From: Felis catus
Taxonomy: Eukaryota
Assembly (NCBI RefSeq): GCF_018350175.1
Contig: NC_058368.1
Coordinates: 201,130,001-201,194,000 of the forward strand
DNA length: 64,000 bases
Reading direction: 5' to 3'
Positions 52,054-64,000 of the stretch are shown here, piece after piece (position 1 is the first letter of the stretch; the number at the start of each line of letters is the position of its first letter). Under the pieces are notes generated by a model. It did not search any database, was not told the DNA's origin, and saw only the letters and a list, made by a program, of their open reading frames with translations. The position numbers and the translations under genes are program-made.

Positions 52054-53044
52054 TAAAAATGGGATTCATTTTATAAATGAATTTTGTAAAATTGTGAAAA
52101 GCTTACTTGATTCAAACTTTCACGCATTGATTTGAATTTGAACAAACGATGAGTATACATATATATTAAAACTATAAAGTGTGTTTCAGTCACTTACCAC
52201 TTAACTACTCTGAAGGAAGATTGCTGAATCATCAGTATCCTTATTTTCAGATATTGGTTAATCCACCTTTAAGAGTTATGCATAGGGTTTTGCTGGCTTT
52301 AAACAGTGGTTGGCTAGGATCAAAGTATGTTCAACTCCTTCTTCCTTTCTTCAGGAGCTTTCTGAACAATGGGGTACATGGGACACAACGGTCATTTATT
52401 TCTAATCCCGATCATACCCATGATCTAGGGCCGAGCTCTCTGGTTCCCTGACCCTAACCTGCAGATTTATAGAGATCTCTCCCCTTTTGCTAAACCAAAA
52501 ACCTCCCCATTGGTCTGCTGTAGCAGGCTAAGGAGATGAGCTGCCTTGGCTTCTGTGGGAGAAGAGTTAGCCCTCAGGTGCCAGAGTGGACACATGCTGA
52601 AGAGCAGCTTTGAATCAGCAGCAGGAAAGGAAAGAGCGGAGGAATGTCACCACATGGAAGGTGGCTTCCCCCACCTCCTCTGGGCAGTGATCTGGTTCCC
52701 TACTCATCATGGCTCAGTCAGAGGCCCTGAATGAATGGAGTCAGCAGTTCTTCCTTGCCGCAGTAAGAGAAGAAAAGACGGGAGAGGGATTTTCCCTCTG
52801 CACCTCACCCATGATTGCCCAGCATTCGCTATCCTGCCTCCATATTCCCTCTATGTTCTCCACGCAGAATACCCAGCCCCAGCTCAACCTTTGAAAATTG
52901 CATCTAGCTTAATATCTAGAATCTCTAAGGTAAGCACTGGAGGAAGAATTCTGTCCCCCAAATGTCACCCTCTTGGGATTCTCACTGCTTCCACCACTGT
53001 CACCATGCCCCTGACACCAGTGTTGTAGCAATCTCCTTTTACAG

Positions 53045-53410
53045 TTCTTGTTCTCAGTCAGGGTAGCTGCAGTGACAAATACCAAAATCTCTGTGACTTA
53101 ACACATCAGAATTTGTTCTAATTCTCATTCGCTCAAAATCCTCTGTGGGTGTGGGTATTCACAGGAACTCCTCGACTAGGAGCTGACTCAAGGATCCAGT
53201 GATTTCCATCTTAAGCCCCCACATTTTTAGCACATGGCTTCCAAGAAGGAAGACTCTTGAATGTGCAAGGAGTTTTCCCTGCCTCATCAGAGAAACATCA
53301 AATGTATGCAGAAACTCATGGTCTTTTAGCCAAAACTAGCCGCCCAGCCTAGCCATACAGGTTGCACATCGATGGTGGTAAGCATGAAATATTTTTGCTA
53401 CAAATAAACC
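53045..53410. mobile_element. Old LTR relic (MLT1/LTR33-like)
   Basis: TAGCTGCAGTGACAAATACCAAAATCTCTGTGACTTAACAC and GACTCAAGGATCCAG..TTCCATCTT motifs. Confidence 0.5.
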
Positions 53411-53416
53411 AGGGGC

Positions 53417-53528
53417 CCACGTGCTTGGAATCTTGTCCCCAGGTTTGTTTTGGTTGCCTTCCTCTCATTCCATTTGGTGTTAATGCAAATGTTGCCTTCT
53501 CGGAGAAGTCATCCCAAAGTTTCCTAAC
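53417..53528 (-). repeat. Right arm (derived copy) of the perfect 112-bp inverted repeat
   Basis: Exact reverse complement of 49611-49722. Confidence 0.97.
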
Positions 53529-53697
53529 TGGCCTTCCAAAGCCCAGAAAGTAACATAAATATGCAAGGCTGCTTCACATAATAAACAGCAATGAGTTTTA
53601 CTTCCTAATATGAGTTCATACATTTTCAATGAACATTTTGTTGTTTTATGAAATTCTAAGTCTAATGAACTTCTCCAAAAGATAGGCAGAGAATTCT

Positions 53698-54133
53698 TTT
53701 TTTTTTTTTTAAGTTTCATTTACTTATTTTGAGAGAGGGAGAGAGAACAATCAGGAGAGGGGCAGAGAGAGGAGGTCAGAAGATCCTGTTGTCCCAACAG
53801 CAGAGAGCCCAATGAAGGGCTCAGACTCATGAACCATGAGATCATGACCTGAGCCAAAGTCAGACACTTGGGGCGCCTCGGTGACTCGGTCAGTTGAGTG
53901 TCTGACTTCAGCTCAGGTCATGATCTCACGGTTTGTGGGTTTGAGCCCTGCATCGGGCTCTGTGCTGACAGCTAGGAGCCTGCAGCCTGCTTCGGATTCT
54001 GTGTCTCTTTCTCTCTCTGCCCCTCCCCCTCTTGTGCTCTGTCTCTCTCTCTCAAAAAATAAACAAATGTAGAAAAAAAAAGTTTTTTTTTAAAAAGTCA
54101 GACACTTAACCAAGTGAGTCACCCAGGTGCCCC
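53698..54133 (-). mobile_element. Older CAN-SINE split by a nested SINE
   Basis: Pieces 53698-53869 and 54108-54133; outer TSD TAGGCA(G)AGAATTCT at 53683 and 54136. Confidence 0.9.
53870..54093 (+). mobile_element. CAN-SINE nested in opposite orientation
   Basis: TSD AAAGTCAGACACTT at 53856-53869 and 54094-54107. Confidence 0.95.
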
Positions 54134-54476
54134 AGTAGGCAAGAATTCTAGGACAAGGATGACTGGCTAACACAATCATCTTTCCTGTCTCATCTCCAAT
54201 GCCAGCTTCATCACCCAAACTAAGCAGTGTCTGGGAGGAGGACACAGGCAAAGCAGAAAAGGAGGAGCTAGTGATCACTGTGGTGCTCCCTAGCCTCCTG
54301 CCTCTTATGAGTGAAGGATCAGCAAAATAAAGTCCCTGAGAAGGACTTCAGAAGAGCGGTGCCTAGAGCGGTGCCTAGAAAGAGCTGGCCAATCTATTAG
54401 CTATAAAGTAGTACCTCATTTTCATTTCATTTTATTTATCTTAGTGGGTTTTTTAAAAAAATAATATGTTTTGTGA

Positions 54477-54670
54477 GGGGCATCTGGGTGGCTCAGTTGG
54501 TTGAGGGGACCAATTCTTAATTCTGGCTCATGTTATGTTCTCAGGGTCGTGAGACTGAGCCCTGCCTCTGGCTCCATGCTAATAATGCTGAGCCTGCTTG
54601 GGATTCTCTCTCTCCTCTCTCTGCCTCTTCCCCACTGTTGCTCACTATCTCTTAAAATAAATAAATAAAC

Positions 54671-54715
<45 letters not shown>
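54477..54715 (+). mobile_element. Older CAN-SINE with (AT)n-expanded tail
   Basis: GGGGCATCTGGGTGGCTCAGTTGG head; (AT)n at 54672-54715. Confidence 0.9.
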
Positions 54716-54719
<4 letters not shown>

Positions 54720-55269
54720 CATTTGAATATGCTACTTTTCCATGCTCATTTTTCTGCCGTTTCACTTTGCTTTGTGTGATCATATTGCCCAAAGCAAAAC
54801 TGAACAACAGGGGAATGGTTCAGAAAAGCATATTCCCACATTGTTGCTGCCTTTTGGGAGAGTAGTCTGACAAAGCCTATTAGAATTAAATATACAAGTG
54901 ACCTACCCACTAACCCTATTCATAGAAGTCTATCATTACAAAAAAACAAATACCAGTATATAAAGATATACGAAATGACCTATTTAAAGATGAATTGTTT
55001 AGAGTTGCTAAGAACTATAAACTAAGGTAGAAACCAAACAACTCTTTTATAGTCAGATTTATTATGGCTGAATATATTACGGTGTGTCCATAATTAATAT
55101 GGATACACAGCCCTAAAGAGTACATCAGAGCTGCCCCAATTGTCATGGGGGATTTCCACAAGGCACTAACTAACAAGCACAGTAAGAAAAGTGTGTATTT
55201 TATAATCTCGTTTTTGGAAAGCCATGGCCAAAAACCCTTCACACATAGATTGGCATTGCAACATAAAAA

Positions 55270-55486
55270 AAAATGTCTATTTCTACCATTTGATTGATCA
55301 ACTCCACTTCAGGGTATATGCCCAAAGGAAATAAAAATAGATTATCAAAAAGATCTATGCACTATCATGTTTATTGCAGCATTATTCACAATAGCCAAGA
55401 AATGGAAACAACCTAAGAGCCTATCAATGGATGAATGGATAAAGAATAAGTTATATATATGATACATATATCATATATATTTATTT

Positions 55487-55523
<37 letters not shown>

Positions 55524-56015
55524 TATTGGTGTGGAATATTACTCAGCCACAAGAAAGAAGGAAATCCTGCCATTTGTGACAATATGGATGGACCTTGAGA
55601 ATATTACACTTAATGAAATAAATCATACAGGAAAAGATAAATACTGTTGATATCGCTTATGTGTGGAATCTAGAAAAGTAGAATTTGTAAAAACAGAGAG
55701 CATAATAGTGATGACCATGCACTGGGAGTCAGGGTAATAGGAGAAATGTTGTTTGAAGGTACATATTTTCAACTAGTAGATAAATAAGTCCTGGAGATCT
55801 GTGAGATTACAGTCTATGATTACAGAGAAAAATATTGGATTTTGAACATCAAACTTGCTAAGACAGAGACCTTAATTATTCTCACCAAAAAATGAGATGG
55901 AATGATAATTACTACAGAGGCAAACATACTGCAATATATAAATGTTTCAAATCAACATGTTATTTACTTGAAAGTTACACAATGTTATAAGTCAAATATA
56001 TTTCAATTTTTAAAA
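55270..56015 (+). mobile_element. Old L1 3' fragment (L1M-type)
   Basis: CATGTTTATTGCAGCATTATTCACAATAGCCAAG..GGAAACAACCTAAG; translation EYYSATRKKEILPFVTIWMDLE. Confidence 0.88.
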
Positions 56016-56099
56016 GCTTATTTCAATCTATGTGTACCTGCTAACCAATGATGCCTCTCCCCAGTATTTGTGAACAGAAACGTATTATTGATAGAAGGT

Positions 56100-56620
56100 A
56101 ATATTAAAGATTACCATTTGCATCCATGTGTGATGGACACTTAAACCTTCACATTAATCCTTCAAGGCAGAAATTATTATACACATAAATTATTATACAC
56201 ATATGTATTATATACATATAGGAAAATCTAGGACTTCAGAGGATAAATAACTCGCCCAAAGTCTTGAGACAGAACTGAGAGTCAAAGAAACTGTATTCTC
56301 TACTACATGTAGATAACCACATAGGTAAGTATGTACGTTACTGTTAAAGTTAATTAACTAGCTAAAAGGACCACTCAAAGATGTACATGGGCAAATATAC
56401 AAATAGATTACCGAAAAAGTGGTTAGGAACTTGCAGTCTGGAATCAGATAGATGCAAGCCCAAATCCTGGCACCTTCCTTCAGTAACAGTGTTGCTTTGG
56501 CAAAATTATTTCATGTCGGAAGCTTCAGTTTTTCATTTGTAAAATGGTAAAATTGGAACCTACTTCAGTACTTTATCAGGTTATGGAGAGAATTAAATGG
56601 AAAATAAGTATAAAACCTAG
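56100..56620. mobile_element. MIR relics
   Basis: CAGAGGATAAATAACTCGCCCAAAGTC and GCTTCAGTTTTTCATTTGTAAAATGG cores. Confidence 0.65.
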
Positions 56621-56869
56621 AACCCACGTGCTCAATAAAAACTACAGATTATAATGTTCATTATTATTTTTATATGGAGAGTGACAATATCTGATCAAAA
56701 TGTATTTAATATCAAAATGACAAATGTCAAGATCTCTTATGTCTTATAAGCTGACTTATGAAATATTCAGAAAAACAGTGACATTAGCTTTAGTTTCTTC
56801 TTCACCTTGATGTTAAAACATCCCATTTTAACTTTTTTTTTCTTTCTTTAACCATCAGGATTTGTTAAG

Positions 56870-57124
56870 TTTTGTTTTTTTTTTTTTTTTTTACATTTTT
56901 CTTTTATTTACTATAACTGACACACAATGTTACACTAGTTGCGGGTGATTTGGCAACTTGGTGATTTGCCAAGTTTATAACCGTATCCTATGTTCACCGC
57001 ATGTGTAGCTACCGTCTGTCCCTCTATATTGCTATGACAGTATCCTTGACTGTAGTCCTTATGCTGTGACTTTTATTCCTGTGACTTATTCATTTCATAA
57101 CTGGGAGCCTGTATCTCCCACTCC
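56870..57124 (-). mobile_element. Short carnivore L1 3'-end fragment
   Basis: Poly(T) followed by sequence similar to the 3'UTR of the 38856 element. Confidence 0.8.
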
Positions 57125-57393
57125 TAATCATCAGTTTTTAAGAAACATGCTCCTTCTTTCCTGTCCTTTCCTAGAACCCCTAGAAGAAATCATACTTTGA
57201 TTGCTTTCTCATGGTGACCTATTCTCAATTAACAATTTAACTATTTTCAGATGGGTAAGAGCCTCCTCTTTCAATAATTTGTTTTGGTTTCAAAACCACT
57301 TCAGTTAATATTTACTCGTCCCTCATTATTTTGTACGGGAATTTCTTAAAAAACGGATCAAGTACTATAAATTCTTTTAAAACTGCTGAATTT

Positions 57394-57585
57394 GGGGCAC
57401 CCGGCTGGCTCAGTCAGTTGAGCATCCAACTCTTGATTTCAGCTCAGGTCATGATTTGAGGGTGGTGAGATTGAGCCTGAGTGTGGAGACTGTTTAAGAT
57501 TCTCTCCCTCCCTCTCTCTGTGCCCGTCTCCGCTCGCTCTCTCTCAAAAAATAATAATTAATTAATTAATTAATTAATTAATTTT
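57394..57585 (+). mobile_element. Older CAN-SINE with (AATT)n tail
   Basis: GGGGCACCCGGCTGGCTCAGTC head. Confidence 0.9.
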
Positions 57586-59369
57586 TTAAAAGTGTTTCTA
57601 GGAAATAATGAATAGATACCCCTACAGTGGAGGGGAAGACCTTTAATGTCTATCTAAAGAGTTTGGATTTTAATAAGCTTTCATCATAGTTGCAGATATG
57701 AGGCCTGGTTTCAGCACCAACACAGTATCAGCTCTCATAAAGGTTTGTCTGAAGAATGTTAAAAATAAAACCTGTTCGATTGTCTCACTGCTCTTGAGAT
57801 CTTATTCTCAGTTGAAAGGCTCCCTCTCAATTCAGTGGGACATTTGGGGTCCAAATGTATCCAGTAGTAATCATATAAGTTTATTTGCAGCTGCAAAGAT
57901 AGGACAGTTTGCCGCAGAATGGCTTGAATATATAGGGGAACATTTTTCTCATGGGACACGAAGTCTAGAGACAGGGAGAGGGATTTGGCAGTTGTTTAGA
58001 GGCCCAGCTGTATCAGAACAGTACATCTCTGATTCTCAAGTTTGTCACCTCATTGTCACAGTAAGGGAAAAGGGAACTGAGAATGGATGTTAAAATGGCC
58101 AGTCTCAGGCTCTGCCGTAATAACTCTATGTGAAGGAAAACCTCAAGATGTAGAAGCTTCAGAATTAGCCCTGCAAGGTCACAGAAGAGATGAATATAGA
58201 TGATGCTCAATAGCTCATATTAACAGCTTTCCAATTTGGGTTGAATAAAAAACAAGTTAAGGATCCAAATCATTCTTGTAATACAGTTAAGTAGGAGATT
58301 TCTAAATTACCAAAGCACCGATATTTAAGGTCTAAGGTACCAGAGAGCAAAGAGATTCTTGAAACGCTTTTATTCTTTGTATTTGTAAGTGAGTTCAGTG
58401 CTGGCAGAACCCCATCACTGCCTACATTATTGATGGGGATATCTGCAAAGAAGCAGATGTTTTGCCAAGAAGGGGAATATGAATCACTGTATCTAATAAG
58501 ATGAGAATCTTAGGAAACAGTCTACATAGCTCATGAGTGAAGCCAGCAATTAATCTTGACATGTTTTGTAAAAGGTTTGGTTGCTTAACATTTCTCCCAA
58601 GTAATTTTTTTTAAAGTTTGCTGTAGGCAGGAAGGTAAAAAGACTGGCATGCAGGAAACTGAACTTTTCTTTCCTCCAAAGGCCAACGGTACCCATTGTA
58701 TATTGAAATATGAGGTGCATCAGGATAGGAGATTAGACAAAGGCATTCACCAGTGTGCCCTCAGTCCCAACTTGCTAAAGGAAGTGATGAAGTGGCGCCA
58801 TAGGAGACAAGGAGTCATGACCAATTTATTGCTCCATTCTGATGTTGCATATGTATGCAAAGTTTTATTTATAAAGATAATTTATGTGGCACTTGGGTTA
58901 TGTGGTAATCACAGGACTTAGTGTCTAAAACTACATAATGTCATGTTGGAATGTAGACAGAAATTCTCTTGTATTGATCTACATATGAAAGCTCCCAAGA
59001 AACGTGCTAAAATCAAAATGTATATTTGATTCTCCGTATACTTCTTTGAAGGGGAGAAAATGAAGACCTGTTATTTCTTAAAGTCATTGATTATTGTTAG
59101 CCCCATTTGGGTCTACATATTGCTAAAAACAAATTATAAAATCTTGTATCAAAAACTCAATGTGGTTCCCTTATGTTCCTTTAATTCTAAGCTTTTAATG
59201 TACCTTATAATGTTGGTATTAATTTGTTTACTAGAAGTTCAAATAGAATAAGCTCAATGTTGAGCAGGAACCCGGGTTAAATGAAGTCAGGGTCACAATG
59301 TGCATTTGATCTCAGAGCCAATATACTTTTTGGCAACTTTTCTATGAAAACCTAAATGGAATATGTATT

Positions 59370-59429
59370 TTAAATGTTTTTTTAATGTTTATTTATCTTC
59401 ATAGAAACAGAGAGTGTGAGCATGGGTGG

Positions 59430-59465
<36 letters not shown>

Positions 59466-59588
59466 CCCAAGCAGGCTCCATTCTGTCTGCACAGAGCCCA
59501 GTGTGGGGCTCAATTCCAAGAACTGAGATCATTACCTGAGCCAAAATCAAGAGTCGGACACTTAACTGACTGAGCCACTCAGGTGCCC
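59370..59588 (-). mobile_element. CAN-SINE
   Basis: Reverse head CTGAGCCACTCAGGTGCCC, (GA)n, T-rich tail. Confidence 0.92.
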
Positions 59589-60133
59589 TGGAAATTTATA
59601 TTTTAAAGAGAAGTAGGAAACAACTTCAGCTTTTTGAAATCCAGAAGTCTGTTCTCTCTTTATATCCATTTAATACATTCTTACAATGAATAACCTGCAC
59701 TGTTTGATTGTTTCTATCATATTGAAATTTACATATACCACTTTCTTAAATTTATACATTCATTCATAATTCACAAAGAACAACAACTAAATCCATCACT
59801 AAATTTCCCAAGACAATAGGAAAACAAAAGACAATTTAAGGGCTGAACGTCCATAAATATCCTCATTATTTATTGTTTTCTTTTCTCCAACCCTTGCTCC
59901 ACCTCTGTTCCTCTCTGGACTTTACCCTTATTTAACCTCTCATTATTGCCATCTGTTGCTTCTCAGTAAAGCATTTCACAGATATACACACTAATAGAGA
60001 CTCTGTTAGGGAACTTACTAACTTGCATCATTGCCAATTATGAATCTAGTTCCATTTCTTGTGTGCGAGGCTCTTAAAAGCATCACTTTATTTTATATCT
60101 TTTACTCTCTAACTGCATTACCCAGTAGTTCTG

Positions 60134-60134
<1 letters not shown>

Positions 60135-60178
<44 letters not shown>
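60135..60178. repeat. (CA)n microsatellite, followed by an old L1M-like relic to ~60515
   Basis: Read directly from sequence. Confidence 0.9.
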
Positions 60179-60181
<3 letters not shown>

Positions 60182-60726
60182 GACTTATACATGAGTATTC
60201 ACAGCATCTTTATCCATATTAGCCAAAACTGAAAATACATCCAAAAGAGCTGAATGAATAAACAAATACTGGTATATACATACAATGCAATGTTATTCAC
60301 CAATAAAACAAAATTAACTATGGATATACATAAAGTAAGCAGATCAATGGTTGCTGCAGAGGCTAGAAGGAACTTTTTGGGATAATGATGGTCTATATTT
60401 TGAGGTGGTTAGTGGTTACATGGGTAGATGCATTTTCAAAATTCACTGAACCCTACTTTTAAAATGGTTACATTTTATTGTGTGGGAATTACATCTCAAA
60501 AGGTTGAAATTTTAAAACTAGAATTTTATAAAATTACATATCTAATATTTGTTTTTCTGTAAATATGGAAAATTCAAGAGATTTATTGTTCAAAGGTGCA
60601 AAAGATCAATAAAATAGAAACGGATTATTTCTTCACATTTGGCCATACTGAATAGCATATGTCATGTAAAATGTTTCCATCAGAAGTGATATGATGAGCA
60701 AATTATTGTATATTTAAAGCAATTTT

Positions 60727-60937
60727 CTTTATTTTTTTAATGTTTATTTATTTTTGAGACAGAGACAGAGCATGAACGGGGGAGGGTCAGAGAGAGAGGG
60801 GGACACAGAATCCAAAGCAGGATCCAGGCTCTGAGCTGTCAGCACAGAGCCGGACGCGGGGCTCGAACTCATGAACTGTGAGGTCATGACCTGAGCCGAA
60901 GTCGGACGCTCAACCGACTGAGCCACCCAGGCGCCCC
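60727..60937 (-). mobile_element. CAN-SINE, young
   Basis: CpG-rich; TSD AGCAATTTT at 60718 and 60941. Confidence 0.95.
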
Positions 60938-60973
60938 TAGAGCAATTTTTAAAACCATCAATACTCAACTCTT

Positions 60974-61182
60974 TTTTTTTGTTAATTTTTTTAATGTTTA
61001 TTTTTGAGAAAGAGAGAGAACATAAGCAGTGGAGGGACACAGAGAGAGGGAGACACAGAATGTGAAGCAGGTGCCAGGCCTTGAGCTGTCAGCAGAGTTC
61101 AATGTGGGGCTCAAACCCACGAACCATGAGTTCATGACCTGAGCCAAACGAGACGCCTAATGACTGAGCCACCCAGACACCC
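60974..61182 (-). mobile_element. CAN-SINE
   Basis: TSD CAATACTCAACTCTT at 60959 and 61183. Confidence 0.94.
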
Positions 61183-62189
61183 CAATACTCAACTCTTAAA
61201 CATCAAGAAAAGTAAGGAAAGGCCACAGAAGTCCCTGATGTAAAACAGGTGAGTAAAATTCACAAATATGTTTTTGAAAATCCTAATACATGGAAGAAAC
61301 AGACAGGTTATCTGTTTTATTCATGAGTTGAAGGAGTCACACTTTTGTTACAGCCATTGAAAAAGAACACCAAGAAGTACCTCATTTTCAGATGAGACAG
61401 AGAAGAAGAGGGATATTGTGCAGGCGACTGGTTTTAAAAAGAAGTTCTTGAGAGCATCTTATTAACAAAGCCAGTGCTATGGTTTAAAATATAGTTATCT
61501 TCACTGGGAGAAAAATGCAGCAGCAACAGCCTTTGGTAGCAACTTTATCTCCAGTTAGCATCTTACCCATAGTATGGAGGGACAAATGGAAACCATAAAA
61601 AAATGTGGTTATACATGAAAAAGAAACAACTTGACATCCATATCCCACTGGATGTAGGTCAGAAGTACATTTTTGATCAAAATAAAAAATGAAAGTGCCT
61701 GAACTGAAGAGTTGTCTATATTAACAGGAAACTCTCCTTCACCCTCTGCCTAGCACAGTATGAAACCATCAGTACAAAAGAGGAACGGAAGCCAATGAAA
61801 AGATTATCTATAAATGTTTTCACTGAAACCATTTTGTTGAAATGACTATCCAAATGATTCAGCAGAATTTATTCTTATACAATTGACTTAGATAGTTGAA
61901 GAAGACTAGATTATAAAATATTTATCATAGTGGATCACAATGTATATTTCTTTTTACCCTCAAAATTCCTAAACCTATGGCAAATATATAACATTGTTCA
62001 TTAGCTTTGTAGTGAAAGACACATTGAATAAAAATGCAAATGTTTTCTTTAATCACCAAGAATTTTTTCTACTTCCCATTTCATTTAGTTCTATCAGAAT
62101 CAGTCTGCTTTTGTATTGTTTCTTAAATTAGAAAATTGACATAATTGTATATGTTTTTGTGCATCCCCAAATGAAATAAAGTGACAATA

Positions 62190-63830
62190 TATTTGTTTAT
62201 TCAACATTTATTAAGTAACTACTATGTGTAAGGAAGTGTACTACTCATTGAAGATAAAACAATGCACTATATAGACATTTTCTCTATGCTCATGGGGCTT
62301 AGACAATTAGAGAAATTAGAAAAATAAATAAATAAATCATAGTCAGTGCTATGAAGAAGGAATGGTCTGAGGACAAGAATGGTAGACAGTAGTCAGAGAA
62401 GGTTTCTAGAGATGGACCATTTAAGCAGAGACCAAAAAGAAAAGAGGGACTTATTCAGGTGATGACCACTAGGATGAATTTTCCTGGCAGAGGTGAGAGC
62501 ATCTACAAATCCTCTGGAGAGAAAAGGCTCAGACCTTGTGACAAAGGGAAAGATTAGCTGGATTGGCACCTGGCAAATGAGGAAGACTGTGTTGTTAGGC
62601 AAGAGTTGGATCACATAGGGATTTTTCAGTCTTGGTAAGAAGTTTCAACTTATTTCTAAGTGCAGTGGGAAATCAGTGGAAGACTTTTACAGGGAAAGTG
62701 ATGTGGTTCTGTTGACATTTTGTTAAAGTCACTTTTCCTGCCAACTCAAAACTGGGTTGGAAGAGAGAAAAAGCCAATGAGGGACACCTAATACTAGACT
62801 TTTTCAGTCATCCAGGAGAGAAATAACAGAGGCCTGGGTTAAGGTGATAGTGGTAGAATGAGAGAAAAGAGAATGGATCCATATCTATTTTGTAAAGAGT
62901 AGAAGCAGGTCTGCAAATAGATGAGTAGGGTTTAGGACAAGAGAGAAATCAATGTTGGCTCCTCATGTCTGGCTTCAGCAATAAAGTGGAGGACGGTACC
63001 ATGCACCGAATCAGAAATATCTGGGAGAAGTAAATGGGCCTCGTGGGATGAAGAATCAAACTTTGCACTGTGGACGTATGAAGTTCAAGGTGACTATAAT
63101 ACATCTAAAAAGAGAGGCCAAATAGACAGTAGAATGCATGTGATGTGGGTGAGGACTAGAGAAATACATATAGAAGTTATCAGAACAAACTGATGCATCA
63201 GACTTAATGAGATCATCTGTTGCAGAAATGTAGAGAAGAAAAGTGAATTCAGCACGAAAAACGGATGAATGTTAATATTCATAAGTTTGGTAAAGGAGAA
63301 ACCAACAGGAGGAACTGATAGAAAAGCGTCAGTTACAGAGAAGGAAAATCAGAGAGGAGGCATGTGCGCTAAGGCATTCCTCTCAGTCAACGAACGATAA
63401 TATGTCAAGTAGGAAAATACCAAAATGAGGACAAAGAGTCATCCAGATATGATACATGCAAGTTATTGGTGAAGTTGACTAGAGCAGTTCACTGAAGTAG
63501 TGAGACTAAAACTGTGAGAAGTGAATGAGAGGTAAAAAGGTAGAGATATATGTAGATAGTTCTTTTGAGAAGTTTATCAGACTAGGAGAGAGACTTAAAA
63601 AGTATTTGTTTTGCAATGGGAAATATTACCACATGATTGAATACTAGTGGTAATAATCCAGAAGGAAGTGAGAGAAAATAATGTGAGAAAAATGTCATCA
63701 AAGGAATGAGGAACTTCAGGAAGAGGCTGAAGAAAACTTTCCTCCATTGTGACAGAAGTGAAGAAGAACATGGGTGCTAGCATGGGTGAGTTGTAGTTCT
63801 AGAGGAAGGAAGATTAAAAATTACTCTGTA
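62190..63830 (-). mobile_element. L2 relic (~1.6 kb)
   Basis: TTTATTCAACATTTATTAAGTAACTACTATGTG (reverse complement of L2 3' end) followed by collinear L2-like sequence. Confidence 0.8.
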
Positions 63831-63912
63831 AGAGTTTTTTGGGTCTTTTTTTCGTTCAATTCTCCCAAAATGTTTGTGTTAGTGTTTAACCCATCCCGAC
63901 TTGGAAACTTAC

Positions 63913-63970
63913 CTACAGGAACAGATTAAACAAACTTCAAATATAGGATTCATCCTTCTCTGTGGCCATT
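63913..63970 (-). other. Candidate exon (58 nt)
   Basis: Acceptor AATTTTTTACAG| and consensus donor TAG|GTAAGT. Confidence 0.4.
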
Positions 63971-64000
63971 CTGTAAAAAATTATCTCTGAATACAAACTA

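Noticed and set aside
57698..58093. 131-aa ATG ORF in unique sequence
   Set aside because: No recognisable domain or supporting gene structure; length is compatible with chance
1..64000. Naming a host gene; CRISPR arrays, tRNA or rRNA genes
   Set aside because: No recognisable coding exon; no repeat-spacer array; tRNA-like boxes all belong to SINE heads

Overview
Mammalian genomic DNA from a felid, most likely the cat lineage: about 19 tRNA-derived CAN-SINEs are present, including a near-consensus SINEC_Fc-type copy. The window looks intronic or intergenic, and I recognise no host protein-coding exon, tRNA, rRNA or miRNA. It is dominated by repeats: one full-length but inactivated L1 (11297-~18510, +), several truncated older L1s, L2/MIR relics, MaLR and other LTRs, MER5A/MER58-type DNA transposons and microsatellites. 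Unique sequence at ~24-33 kb holds two candidate minus-strand promoter/first-exon modules, and several short minus-strand exon-like segments suggest a large spliced transcript that I cannot name. The most notable observations are: (1) a perfect 112-bp inverted duplication 3.7 kb apart, copied from inside an ancient L2, with a second 37-bp local copy nearby; (2) an antisense promoter-like module (YY1, tandem NRF1, CTCF) in the L1 5'UTR heading a 73-codon antisense ORF with a downstream splice donor, reminiscent of primate L1 ASP/ORF0; (3) several unusual retrotransposition footprints. Repeat subfamily names come from recalled consensus similarity, not from a search, and boundaries of old repeats are approximate.
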